A DNA stretch of 64,000 nucleotides from Octopus vulgaris (Eukaryota), in NCBI GenBank assembly GCA_951406725.2, contig OX597818.1:31806001-31870000 (forward strand). The letters are read 5' to 3'. Shown here one piece after another: positions 25,509-39,148 of the stretch. Position numbers and translations under genes: made by a program. The notes under the pieces are model-generated. The model saw only the letters and a program-made list of their open reading frames with translations. It had not been told where the DNA came from and did no database searches. Position 1 is the stretch's first letter. The number at the start of each line of letters is the position of its first letter.

Positions 25509-25910
25509 AAAGCGGTGAGCTTTAGAATTATTACCGCGCCTGGCAAAAATGCTTTACGTTCTGAGTTCAAATCCTGCCGAGGTCGAGATTGTCTTTTATC
25601 ATTTTAGGGCCGATAAAATAGTACCAGTTGAGTAATAGATTTGATGTAATTGACTTACCCCATCCCCCGATATTGCTGTCCATGTACCAAAATTTGAACC
25701 CAATATTAGGTCACAATCTAAAGCGGTGAGCTAGCAGAATTGTTTCCGCTCCGGGCAAAATGCTTAGCAGCATTTTATCCGCCCAGTTAAAGTTCTGCCG
25801 AAATCGAGATTGCCTTTCATTCTTTTTGGGGTCGATGAAATAAATATCAGTTAGATCCTAGGGCTGATGTAATCCCTGAAATTGCTGTCTGAATGCCAAA
25901 TTTTGAAATT
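25509..25910 (+). mobile_element. Two older SINE family B copies punctuated by three copies of an 18-bp target sequence
   Basis: AATATTAG..CACAATCT at 25491, 25702 and 25911. Confidence 0.8.
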
Positions 25911-26366
25911 AATATTAGTGCACAATCTGTTTTATGAGCGAGTCGTCGTCGACGAAGCCGATAGCTCCATCGAAGTTTTACCATTTGGAAGGATGCTTGC
26001 GCATCCCAGTAATGTTAAAAATACCAACTGCCAAGAAACCGTGGCACAGAATATCATCCCTTCTCACATACTGAGAGAAGATTAGAGGTGAGTAGTGACA
26101 GAGTGCTGCACCACGGCACCTGCCGGAGACTCGTACTTAGATAGACTATATAATCGCGCCTCCCTACAGTCTCATGATACATTTTTGCAGTAGATAAATA
26201 CTTTAGCTTTGAAGAGAATACCAACAACTATGTGAACTGAACTCGCGCCGCTTTCTCTACGCTAATCAAATTCACTTGTGAATGCTCCCATGGTGTCCGA
26301 ATTAACATTGGATACATCCTCAACAACGAAGATATACCGAGAAATTACCAATCCAGCAGGCATCCC

Positions 26367-27574
26367 AGCTAAGTATCCTGAGATACCAGCTAATTAATGC
26401 AAACTGCTGTATATTGACGTTTTATACTTTAGCTTTCGTAACTCCGTTTGGTATGTAACGTAATCTAATCTAATAGTTATGCATCCAGCATATTACGAAC
26501 CTGTTATAAATGATAGATGACTGTCTGATTTTTCTGCCATCAATATACAATCTAGATAAGTCCACAATAATCTACAGTAGATGATACCAAACAATTTCTT
26601 TTGTTTTCTGAACTACTGTATTCAATAGAATTGACAAGAAATCACTGTCAAAATGATTAACATTCTGCTCACTTTATGACTGAATTCAGTACCGTTTAAG
26701 CAACCGATAAGACTTAATTAATATCTAATATACTCTCATGAATTCATAGAAGTGCTCCTGTCTGTTTTTGACTGATCCAGACAGAAAAGCAAGGCTAAGA
26801 TATATATTTGAATAATATCATGATATCATTTCCTATTCTTTCCTTTTTACCTATTTGATTATGTGAACGAAATGTCATGAACCTCTGTGGGGAAACGCAA
26901 CGTTGTCTCAAATGAGGGTGCATAGGGTAGTAAGTAGTCTGTATCATTGGCCAATCGGTCGGAGATTTTTATGTAGATTTGTTGATAGCTACCGCTTTCC
27001 TTCACCCTGATTTCTCCTTGGCAGCCAGTTGCGCTACATAGAGATATCTACAACACCCCAGCCCCGCTCCACATAAGCTGATTTGATTGATATTATACTA
27101 ATTGTGGCTGGTATGTCGATTACCTCGAATGGCGTTGTCTAGTCATAGAATCAAGTTCTGGTCAGTTTAAGTAGCCGTATAAACCAATTAATATCAATCT
27201 TTGAGAAGTCTGTATTACAACGTGGAAGGATGGGTGAACGGCTTCAAGTAAGAAGCCGGACATCGGCTGGAAATAAATAAAGAGCGTTCCACCATCTACT
27301 ACCCACATCACATACACACATTTCTATACACACACACACATATATGCAAATACATACACATATATGCATATATACACACATAACACGGACATCATCACAC
27401 ACACACACTCTCAATCTCGCCAGAGTGTGCGTGTACGAACGTACACAAGGTCTAGCGACTACATCCTCTGTGGTCGGCTCCGATAACATAATCTCTTTAG
27501 AGATCATACGGGCACTTTTATTCCCCGCCTGCCCATCAAGGCATTCTCTATCGTCCCCTGGCCTAATCGCCCTT

Positions 27575-27620
<46 letters not shown>

Positions 27621-28827
27621 GCTAAGTATCCTGAGATACCAGCTAATTAATGCAAACTGCTGTATATTGACGTTTTATACTTTAGCTTTCGTAACTCCGT
27701 TTGGTATGTAACGTAATCTAATCTAATAGTTATGCATCCAGCATATTACGAACCTGTTATAAATGATAGATGACTGTCTGATTTTTCTGCCATCAATATA
27801 CAATCTAGATAAGTCCACAATAATCTACAGTAGATGATACCAAACAATTTCTTTTGTTTTCTGAACTACTGTATTCAATAGAATTGACAAGAAATCACTG
27901 TCAAAATGATTAACATTCTGCTCACTTTATGACTGAATTCAGTACCGTTTAAGCAACCGATAAGACTTAATTAATATCTAATATACTCTCATGAATTCAT
28001 AGAAGTGCTCCTGTCTGTTTTTGACTGATCCAGACAGAAAAGCAAGGCTAAGATATATATTTGAATAATATCATGATATCATTTCCTATTCTTTCCTTTT
28101 TACCTATTTGATTATGTGAACGAAATGTCATGAACCTCTGTGGGGAAACGCAACGTTGTCTCAAATGAGGGTGCATAGGGTAGTAAGTAGTCTGTATCAT
28201 TGGCCAATCGGTCGGAGATTTTTATGTAGATTTGTTGATAGCTACCGCTTTCCTTCACCCTGATTTCTCCTTGGCAGCCAGTTGCGCTACATAGAGATAT
28301 CTACAACACCCCAGCCCCGCTCCACATAAGCTGATTTGATTGATATTATACTAATTGTGGCTGGTATGTCGATTACCTCGAATGGCGTTGTCTAGTCATA
28401 GAATCAAGTTCTGGTCAGTTTAAGTAGCCGTATAAACCAATTAATATCAATCTTTGAGAAGTCTGTATTACAACGTGGAAGGATGGGTGAACGGCTTCAA
28501 GTAAGAAGCCGGACATCGGCTGGAAATAAATAAAGAGCGTTCCACCATCTACTACCCACATCACATACACACATTTCTATACACACACACACATATATGC
28601 AAATACATACACATATATGCATATATACACACATAACACGGACATCATCACACACACACACTCTCAATCTCGCCAGAGTGTGCGTGTACGAACGTACACA
28701 AGGTCTAGCGACTACATCCTCTGTGGTCGGCTCCGATAACATAATCTCTTTAGAGATCATACGGGCACTTTTATTCCCCGCCTGCCCATCAAGGCATTCT
28801 CTATCGTCCCCTGGCCTAATCGCCCTT

Positions 28828-28872
<45 letters not shown>
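26367..28872. repeat. Direct tandem duplication, period 1253 bp (26367-27619 / 27620-28872)
   Basis: Copies read identical; ORF pairs offset by exactly 1253 (27344/28597, 27244/28497); junction at a (CT)n tract. Confidence 0.96.
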
Positions 28873-28878
<6 letters not shown>

Positions 28879-29554
28879 GTCACTATGTCGCCTTGTCCCT
28901 CTTTGTGCCGTTTGTCTTATCGCCCTTTTCTTTCTTATCCACACTTCTCTTTCTCTGTAAACCTATTCCTACGTATCGTATTACTTTCTTCAACTAACAC
29001 ACATCTACATATTCATTCGCTTTCACTTTTATTTCTCCTATACTACCCTCACTCCCCCCACAACCTGCACCACTACAACTACTACCACCAATACCAACAC
29101 TACAACTATCACCACTTATACAAACCACCACATACAACAACCATCACTACTACAGCATCTCTCCCACCGCTACCCTTGAATTTTTTTTCTTTCCTCGACT
29201 ATAAAAGAAGTCTTTACTACTTCAGACTCCACTCCTCTGGTCTACTTAATTGAGAGAACTCTTTTCGTTATTCCCCCCTCACTCTCTCTCTGCCTCTCAT
29301 TCTACCTCCCAAAGACAATCCCCCAAATCTCCCTGTCTGTCTGTCTCTCTCCCTCCACAGACACACATATAGGTATCATACACATACACCCTTTCTCCTT
29401 TTTCTGTCTGTAAGTGACAGGTTTTGCCTTTTTCTGTGCCATTTGTCCGTTCGTTATTTTTGCTATTCCTAATTTTATATCGTTCCATATGCTTCTCTTC
29501 GTCTCTAACTTCATCTCCCCCACTGCTTCCTTTTCTCACACCTTCTCTCTAATG

Positions 29555-30205
<651 letters not shown>

Positions 30206-30639
30206 CCTATTCCCCCTTTTTTTCCCCACCACCCCGTTTTGCAGCCATCACTGATTTGTTTCCAACTTGATAATTCCCAACTTGCTCCAGTATCTCTTCC
30301 ACACAAAACTACATCCTTTTTTTCCTTTCTTCATCTGAATCATCCACTTTATCAAGAATCTCTGTAATGTAGATTTTGCTTATTAAATGCACCGAAAAGG
30401 AAATTATTCTCCGTTGGGTTTCCTAAGGTTAGACAATGCAAATATCTAAAGGATTCCTTCAAATAAACAAAACCTGGCGAATTTCATAAATCTGCATAAA
30501 CATGCAAACGTCATTTATACATGTATTTCCAATAACAGGGCAAGGGGAATACATACACATACACGGGCGTACACACATTCACATGCACACGCACGCACGC
30601 ACATGCGTGCGCGTGCGAGTGCTTGTATTCACGTACATA

Positions 30640-30818
30640 TATACATACGCTGATGCAAGTACACATATGTGTGTGCGTATGTATGTCCCTGTGTATATGT
30701 TTGTGTATGTATATGTATATGTATACGTGCGTCTATGTATATGTATGTACTTACGTGTATGCTTTTCTTACATCATATATATATATATGTGTGTGCGTGC
30801 GCGTGTGTGTATATATGT

Positions 30819-30873
<55 letters not shown>

Positions 30874-31032
30874 CATATATATACATATATATATATATAC
30901 ACATATATATACATATGTATATACACATATATATACATATGTGTGTGTAATTATGTATATATTTATACGCACGTGTATCTACCTATCTATCTATCTATAT
31001 ACATATATATACATATGTACATACAGACATAC

Positions 31033-31065
<33 letters not shown>

Positions 31066-31110
31066 TGTATGCATAAGAAGTATATATGCTTGTGTATATA
31101 TATATTGTGA
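30640..31110. repeat. Degenerate TA/TG microsatellite block
   Basis: Directly visible. Confidence 0.92.
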
Positions 31111-31767
31111 GCTTGAATATATATGTATGTATATACATACAGATATAGCTATATACAAAGGCTACATCCATGTAAACATACGATATCTATACACAGGGAG
31201 GTCACAGCAATGTTACATATATATTGATATTTATTGGAATATGCATTAATAAGACATTAATAATCTTACACTCTTCGGACAAACGCATATCGATGAGTAT
31301 AAGTAAGTATATGTACGCATGCGTTTACTCTGGATGTACGTACCTGCGTGTATGCGCTTGTATTTATATGTGTGTGTTTATGTAAGTATGTATGTGTGTG
31401 TGAATAGCCATGTGTTTTTGTCATACCCATTGTCTTGCTTACAACGTACTAAGCGAATGCATGGAAATGCACACATATCTTTTATATATTTCTTAATAGA
31501 CTGTAGGATGTTTTTTGCAAGGTGACAGATTAATTAAGGCGACATATCTGACCCCTAATATAGTTTATTTATTTGGCTCAGTAGTTTATGGTAAAAACCC
31601 GTGGAACATCAACAAAAAAAAAACAAGGACTTACAAAGCACAATATTCTATTCTATACCGATATAGTGGAGCGTTTCTAGTCAGAACTATCCTGTTCGTT
31701 TGCTGGACTGTCCCATGATATGAGGTTTTCATTTAAGAGATGTAAGTCCATAAGACTTACAAACAAT

Positions 31768-32335
31768 CTTTCCTGTTTTAGGCACAAGGCCCAAAAATTG
31801 GGGGAGGGGGGTCAGTCGATTAGATTGACTCCGGTAGGCAACTGGTATTTAATTTATCGACCCCGAAAGGATGAAAGACAAAGTCGACCTCGGCGGAATT
31901 TGAACTCGGAACGTAAAGACAAGAAATACCTATTTCTTTACTACCCACAAGGGCTAAACACAGAGGGGACAAACAAGGATAGACAAACAGATTAAGTCGA
32001 TTATATCGACCCCAGTACGTAACTGGTACTTATTTAATCGACCCTGAAAGGATGAAAGGCAAAGTCAATCTCGGCGAAATTTGAACTCAGAACGTAGCGG
32101 CAGACGAAATACCTATTTCTTTACTACCCACAAGGGGCTAAACACAGAGAGGACAAACAAGGACAGACAAACGGATTAAGTCGATTATATCGACCCCAGT
32201 GCGTAACTGGTACTTATTTAATCGACCCTGAAAGGATGAAAGGCAAAGTCGACCTCGGCGGAATTTGAACTCAGAACGTAGCAGCAGACGAAAAACCGCT
32301 AAGCATTTCACCCGGCGTGCCAACGTTTCTGCCAG
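31768..32335 (-). mobile_element. Head-to-tail trimer of SINE family B with TSD
   Basis: Three ATCGACCC.GAAAGGATGAAAG units; TSD CTTACAAACAAT at 31756-31767 and 32336-32347. Confidence 0.9.
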
Positions 32336-32924
32336 CTTACAAACAATGTGATATTTCAATTTTAGTTCTTGAGGAAATAGCTTAGTCATCTCAGTCGGAT
32401 TAATCAATTGTGCATTAATTACGTAATGATTATATGGTTGATGATATTTGTAATTAGGTCTTGTAAACATTTGCAGTGTAATGAAATTTTGAAATATTCA
32501 TGTCTGTATTCTATGCATATATATATATACATACATATATATATATATAATCTTTCTTTTCCTCCCGTGACCATCTTTCTTTTCCTGCACGACGTTCCAA
32601 GGACTGGACGTCTTCTATCTCTCTCTTCTATCTTTTCTCTTTTCATCGAAAATATTTTTATCCCAGCGTTCACTATTTTTCTCTTGTTCTGGTCTAACGA
32701 CCCGTCTTGTTTGTTTTCGTTCAGTTTCCCTGTATGTCTCCACTGCCCTGTTTTTGTTCCCAACTTTGACCCTCCGCAATTTCAAAATTTTGTTTGGGAA
32801 TTTATGGGAGCAGCTGTCTTCGAAGACTTACACTGTCGTGGAATGCTCGAAGTAAAGAGAAGATAAACAACCACACAACTGATAAAGGGTCGTTCTCCGT
32901 GTTGCTTGTCCTGTTTTCTATAAA

Positions 32925-33173
32925 CAAACCAGCATTGGTTGTCAAGCGATGTTGGGGTTACAAATACAGACACACAAACATATACATACATATATACATA
33001 CACACACACACACACACATTCACACACATATATATATATATATGGAGTTTAACGCAGGTATAATTTAAAAACAAGGAGTTACAACCTCTTTACTTGTGTG
33101 ATGTTTTGCTACCCTGGTAACTATTTATCTATTTTTTTCCGTGTTAGTTGTTAACAAGGAAAAAATACACTCA

Positions 33174-33236
<63 letters not shown>

Positions 33237-33312
33237 GACAAGCTTCTTTCAAATCCACTCACAGGGCTTTGGTCGGCCCGTGGCTAGTAGAAGACACTTA
33301 CCCAAGGTGCCA
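32925..33312 (-). mobile_element. Fragmented SINE family A interrupted by a TA-embedded element
   Basis: CCAGCATTGGTTGTCAAGCGATG at 32929; AAATCCACTCACAGGGCTTTGGTCGGCCC at 33251. Confidence 0.7.
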
Positions 33313-33414
33313 CTCCCTCGCCTATATATGTGTATAAGTTAAATGAATGTATATTTATGGATATATATATATGATTTTTTTTTTAGTACAATTGTAAGCA
33401 CCGAAGCCTGTTTA

Positions 33415-33850
33415 TAAGATTGGTTTCAAATTTTGACACAAGTTCGGAGTTGGGCGTAAATCGGCTAGTACTTTTTATTTGAACCCTATCAAATGAAAGG
33501 CAAGGTGAAACCCAGCAGCATTTCAACTCGGAACATAAAGCCCAGAAAGTGCCACTAAGCATTTTGGCCGGTAACAATTCTGCCAGCTCGCTGCCTTTAA
33601 GTCTGTTTATAGTACTGGTTTAACTTTATAGTACTGGTTTAACTTTAGGCACAGGTCCGGCAAGTGCGGAGAGAAGGAGGAACAAATCGATTACATTGAC
33701 CCTAGTGTTCAAGTGGCATTTATTTTATCGACTCTGACAGCATGAAATGCAAAGTCGACCTCGTTCGAACTTGAACTCTCAGAACATAAAGACGGACGAA
33801 ACACCGCTAAGCATTTTGTCCGGTTTTCTAACGGGCTCGCTGTCTAAGCC
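33415..33850 (-). mobile_element. Two decayed SINE family B copies
   Basis: TTCTGCCAGCTCGC head at 33578-33591; AAAGTCGACCTCG at 33751. Confidence 0.78.
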
Positions 33851-34583
33851 TCTCTATAGTAATAAAATGCATTGTAGAACGGGCAACTTATTTGGTTAAC
33901 TTTGATTTCTTTTGAAAATTACGTAATGTTAAATAGCTTTTGTTGCGTACCGTAGAAACTATATTAATTAAGAAAGCTATTTAAACCTGGGTAGAACTTA
34001 CTCTTCTGGATTTTGCAAAACTGAATGTAATTAATATTGGACATTTGCAGCAGTGTAACAAAAAGTTTTGAGCGAAAAGCAAAATGTTGGGTATATCTTT
34101 CATAATGATAATCACTTCAATGTGTACAGAAGTAATATATTGTCATCTTGGGACAGAGAGGACATTTATATATTTTAACAACTTCGAGTAGTCGCTATGA
34201 AAAAGAATCCCACTTATAATAAATGAATAGCAATATAACATGCTTGAGGACCGGTCTCTACAGATACGTATGACGACACTCTACTTAGTAATATTTGTTC
34301 AAGGATATAGCTAATAGTTTAGAAGATGTAAGCAACTTATAATTATTTCTCATACAAAGACGACGAGAAATATTTCAAGAATTTACTCTTACGAGGCTCC
34401 TGTCTGCTCTCGAGAAGTTTTAATTACGAAAATGATAAAACGTGTATGCATACATGTATGTTACTATGCACACACAAACAAAACTCACTCACACATGCAC
34501 ACACATATATTTGAATGAATGTATTTATGTATATATGTATGATGTATATAAGTATTATATAAGTATATGTATATATATATATA

Positions 34584-34765
34584 ATATTAGGGAGTAAAAC
34601 TCCAAACTTACAGGGGAAAATTCAATTATATACTGTTTATTTATTATTATGTATTTTATTGTGATCTAGGTAAATGTTTTATCATATATTTTATTTTTTC
34701 TATATGGCGTGATTTATGCCTATCATTGTTTGAATTACATAATAGTGGTTTTTCTCTAATTTATA
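34584..34765 (+). mobile_element. Internally deleted relative of the 51098-51490 element
   Basis: ATTAGGGAGTAAAACTCCAAACTTACAGGGGAAAATTCA start; TTGTTTGAATTACATAATAGTGGTTTTTCTCTAATTTATAT end. Confidence 0.6.
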
Positions 34766-34818
34766 TATATATAATATATATATATATATATACACACACA
34801 TATGCATACATGTGTGTG

Positions 34819-35150
34819 TGGCAAACGTCCGAGACATAAACCTAAGAAACGTTTTAGGGATGCTGTCAAAAGTAACCTTAAGGCACTTAATGTGGAAGTT
34901 GAAGACTGGGAGCAGATGACGCAAGATCAATCGGTTTGGAAACAAATGATCTACAATAGATGTAAAGCATTTGAAGCTTGAAGAATTGAACAATCTATCT
35001 TGAAACGATCTCTTCGTAGAGAAGACTTAACTATAATCCCAGACGCTTTTCTGCTTTAAAATATTTGAAAGGTCTGCGGTAGAGTTTGTTTGTCAAGAGC
35101 AGGACTTGCTAGTCATATAAGATCTCATGACAGTATTTATTAATTGAAGA
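34819..35150 (+). mobile_element. RTE-clade (BovB-like) LINE 3' fragment
   Basis: GKRPRHKPKKRFRDAVKSNLKALNVEVEDWEQMTQDQSVWKQMI...KVCGRVCLSRAGLASHIRSH, typical RTE C-terminus with stops. Confidence 0.85.
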
Positions 35151-35164
35151 GATGGCCTTCTTCT

Positions 35165-35258
35165 GTGGACAGCCTGTATGCTAGATATAGACGTCAAAAT
35201 CGTCAAAATCGTCAAAATGGCCATTTGGACGTCTATATCTAGCATACAGGCTGTCCAC
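35165..35258. repeat. Palindrome with perfect 31-bp arms and internal 3x GTCAAAAT(C/G)
   Basis: GTGGACAGCCTGTATGCTAGATATAGACGTC ... GACGTCTATATCTAGCATACAGGCTGTCCAC. Confidence 0.93.
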
Positions 35259-35564
35259 TTTTAGTGGTCAATCCTCCAAATGTTGTATGTAAAAAAATTT
35301 TTAATCTTCGGATTTTTTAAAATATGCTAGACCACTGGTTTTAATTGATTAATATCAATTTCTACCCTTATAAAATTATATATATATATATATTAATAAA
35401 TCTTAGGGTAGCAAAAAATTTAGAAAATTTTTTTTGCTACGAGTGGTCTAGCGAGAAAAAAAAAATAGTCAATAGACTATATATTACTCCTTCTAGCGAG
35501 TCATATGTCCTATTATGGCCATCTCTTATGTGTTTAAATGTGCACTGTATGTATAAATGTATAT

Positions 35565-35730
35565 ATTTATTTACATTTGTGAAGAAAAAAGATACCCTTC
35601 CCCCCACCCCTAACCCTAACCCTAACCCTAAAACAGATTGAAATGCAATAGATCATTACTAGGGTCAAAATTATGGGTAACAATTTCATATGACACCGCT
35701 GGAAAAAACTGCCGTTCAAACCGAAAAGAG
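35565..35730 (-). mobile_element. Partial copy of the TTAGGG-containing MITE (see 45296-45714)
   Basis: (CCCTAA)3 and terminal AAAACTGCCGTTCAAACCGAAAAGA. Confidence 0.85.
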
Positions 35731-36255
35731 CATCGCTAAGTGTTTAATTAGCATTCTATGTTTTCTCGTCACGTAAACATTTTTACGACAGCGATAAGAA
35801 AAACAGCAAGATCCACATCTACGCATACAACAACAATATCAGTTTGTGATACAAGCAGAAGACCACACATTTCGGAAGCGAGGTAGTTGAGTAAATCGAG
35901 CCAAATCCTTGATTGGTACTGTATTTTTTTGACGTCAGCGAGATTTGAACTCGCGTACTAAACAGCTGGTAAATATATCGCCAAGCATATCAGGTGATAC
36001 GTTAACGATTCTGTCAATCCCACTGCTCTTATAAATAGTTACATGTGCACATGGATAGAAATTTCAGCGAAGGGATTTAGTCGACTATATCGACCCCAAC
36101 CTTTGAGTGGCAAGCTTTGAGTGAAAGGCAAAGCTGATACGGGCAGGAATTGAACGTAGAATGTAAAGAAGTGGAACAAATACTACAATGCAATTTGCCC
36201 GATGCCATAAAGATTCTTCCAATCCATAATAACAATAAGTATGTATAACATATGT

Positions 36256-36506
36256 GGAGGCGCGTGGCGTAGTGGTTAGGGTGTTGAATTCACGATCGTA
36301 AGATTGTGTTTTCGATTCCTGGACCAGGCGAGGCGTTGTGTCCTTGAGCAAAACACTTCATTTCATGTTGCTCCAGTTTACTCAGTTGGCAAAAATGAGT
36401 AACGCTGCGATGGACTGGCGTCCCGTCCAGCTGGGGAGCACATACGCCACTGAAACCGGGAAACCGGGCCCATAAGCCTGGCTAGGCTTTAAAAGGGCGC
36501 AAAAAA
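36256..36506 (+). mobile_element. Full-length SINE family C with 15-bp TSD
   Basis: TGGCGTAGTGG A box, TTTCGATTCC B box, A-tail; TSD ATGTATAACATATGT at 36241-36255 and 36507-36521. Confidence 0.93.
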
Positions 36507-37184
36507 ATGTATAACATATGTAACTTAAAGGGAAGGAGTTCCTAAGGGATCAGTGAACGTGCAGGAACTAGAACACAAATTTCCTTCAAACATAGTACCG
36601 TCTTTAACAAACGAAAACGAAACATTGGTTAATGTAGTTATATGGCCATCTCATTTCCTCGTTATATAATCGGGTGGTCACAACGAGAGAGCCTTTTGGT
36701 CATAGGTCTTTTCAATCAAGACTGACATCAGGCGAAAAAAAAAAAAGAACAACAAAAACACCCACGGGAAAAAACATATGGGTGTCACATTGAAATAATT
36801 TCTTGGTAGGTGATGATAGAGAAAAACAAGGAACAAATGAAAAGAAAACCACAACACTACCAACAAAATATATCTAAAAAAAAACAACAAATTTGATAAG
36901 TAGTTATTAGGGAGATAAAATTGTAGAGAAAGATTTAGAGGGCGACTAAAGCGAAAGATAATAGATGAGATATTAACAATAAAGAAATTGTGTTGATATT
37001 TATTAACAGCTGGTTTAAATGAAATCTGAAACTCGTAAATCTCAGTTCAAATTGCATACACACTTAAACGTGTGCGGTAACCCTTAGAATATTTACGCAT
37101 ATATATATACTCATCAGAGACCTCACAGCGATCTCATCAGGGATCTCACACAAACTCAACACATTAATTTTCTCTCCCTGTCTC

Positions 37185-37292
<108 letters not shown>

Positions 37293-37399
37293 TATATTTA
37301 TATATATGCATGTGTGTGTTTGTAAGTATATACATTTTTATTTGTATATATGCATGTGTGTGTTTGTAAGTATATACATTTTTATTTATATGTATTGGT

Positions 37400-37590
37400 G
37401 GAGGCGTGACTGTGTGGTAAGGAGTTTACTTCTCAACAATGATTCAGGGTTCAGTCCCACTGTGTGTCACCTTGGTCACGTTCTTCTACTTCAGCTTTGG
37501 GCCAACCAAACCTTTCTGAGTGGATTTGGTAGATAAAAACTGAAAGAAGTCCGTCGTATATATATATATATATATATCTGTGTGTGTGTA

Positions 37591-37628
<38 letters not shown>

Positions 37629-37700
37629 TGTGTGTGTTGTTGTTGTTGTTGTTCCTGTATCCTGCTTGTTTGACAAAAGGAGCCGATAGTATATAAATAT
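37400..37700 (+). mobile_element. Decayed SINE family A
   Basis: GGGTTCAGTCCCACTG...GAGTGGATTTGGTAGA..AAACTGAAAGAAG. Confidence 0.8.
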
Positions 37701-37889
37701 TATTGGTGCTGGATTCATTTAACTGGAGTAATTCAAGGAGGTGCCAGTATTGTCTTCGTGTATCATACACACACACAGACACACACATACACACTAACAG
37801 ACACATACACGCACGCAAACACATATACATATATCCAATTATTCATATATGTATATATGGATGTATATTTATGAATAAGTATTTATGTA

Positions 37890-38075
37890 CGTCCACTCAG
37901 CAGACAAACATGAGTAGTAGCTGTCTTTCAAATGGCCAACCTTGTCACACTCTGTGTCACGCTGAGTCTCCCTGAGAACTACACGTGTCTGTGGAGTGCT
38001 CGGCTACTTCACCAATAAATTGTTCCGTTGGTTGGATCACTTGGAACACTCATCATCGTAACCGACGGAGTGCCA
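37890..38075 (+). mobile_element. SINE long-tail fragment
   Basis: CCTTGTCACACTCTGTGTCACGCTG...CGTAACCGACGGAGTGC. Confidence 0.8.
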
Positions 38076-38246
38076 GTTTTTTGTTTATTTTTTTATGTAC
38101 GTATGTATTATATTTTGAAAACCTTGCGATAGGTTTTGGCATTGAGAAAGTTGACGTTACGATACGTGAATATTGTTGCCTGAACGGCCGTGGAGTTACC
38201 AATGAAATAAACATGTGTAAAAGAAATTGAAGATGTATCACGTTAC

Positions 38247-38496
38247 GGGCATATGGCGTAGTGGTTAAGAGCGCGGGCTACTAACTCCAAGATTCCGAGG
38301 TCGATTCCAAGCAGTAATCTGAATAATAATAATAATAATAATAATAACAACAATAATAATAATGATGATAACATCGAAAAATGCCTTCGGAATGAGAACC
38401 CAGGTTCGAAATTTCCTCAAAGCTTGAGGGCATATCAGCCGAAACGTTGTGTTAACAACAAACAAGATGAGGACAAATATCTGACGAATGTAAATA
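38247..38496 (+). mobile_element. tRNA-headed SINE, family F, with internal (AAT)n and TSD
   Basis: TGGCGTAGTGG A box, GGTCGATTCC B box; TSD ATGTA(T/C)CACGTTAC at 38233-38246 and 38497-38510. Confidence 0.85.
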
Positions 38497-39002
38497 ATGT
38501 ACCACGTTACTGCAAAATGTGTGCTCTGTTTGATGACAAATAAAGAGAACAACAACCGATTCACAGATAAAGAACTGTTTGTTTAATGATATGAGTACTT
38601 TCATGAAGTGCAATGATAGATGACGAGCAACAGTGAGTTGGATCATCGTAACTGCGACCAAGAATGCATATCAGAGTCACTCAGATTTTTTTCATTGTAA
38701 TAATAATTTTGGTCTACGCGGTCAGACGATCACTAAAGCTAAAGGGATTTACTTGGAATTCCTCTGGCATTTGAAAGAGGCAATGCGAAGGAAGGACATA
38801 CACACAAACACAGGCAAACAGACAAATGCACACATACACAGACAAAGCGCGCACACACACACGTATATAATATACGCAACAGAAAGACGCATTTATGATA
38901 TTTATACAAACGTGGGAGAGCACTAGCGATAATAGTTTTTCTCAGAGACACTTCTCAAAGACGTTAAAAACACGCAGCTACGTTCATAACACCAGGGGAT
39001 CC

Positions 39003-39045
39003 GCGGACAGAGTGTTTCGAATTTATTTCGTCTCCTCAGTGACTA
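39003..39045 (-). ncRNA. Hammerhead-like motif (degenerate)
   Basis: Minus strand CTGAGGA GA CGAAATAAAT TC GAAA CA CTC TG TC; stem I not paired. Confidence 0.35.
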
Positions 39046-39148
39046 ACGCCTGGGATAGCCTAGGCTAATCTCTAAACAGCGTAATAGCCGAAAACTCTAT
39101 ATATGACAACTAAGTGTTTACTCTATCGTTTGGAAAAAGAAATCATAT

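Noticed and set aside
25882-26085. ORF containing RVVVDEAD, resembling a helicase Walker B motif
   Set aside because: Isolated 8-residue match starting inside a SINE tail, with no other helicase motifs.
35610-35632. (CCCTAA)3 as a telomere or chromosome-fusion scar
   Set aside because: It is an internal part of the MITE family seen complete at 45296-45714.
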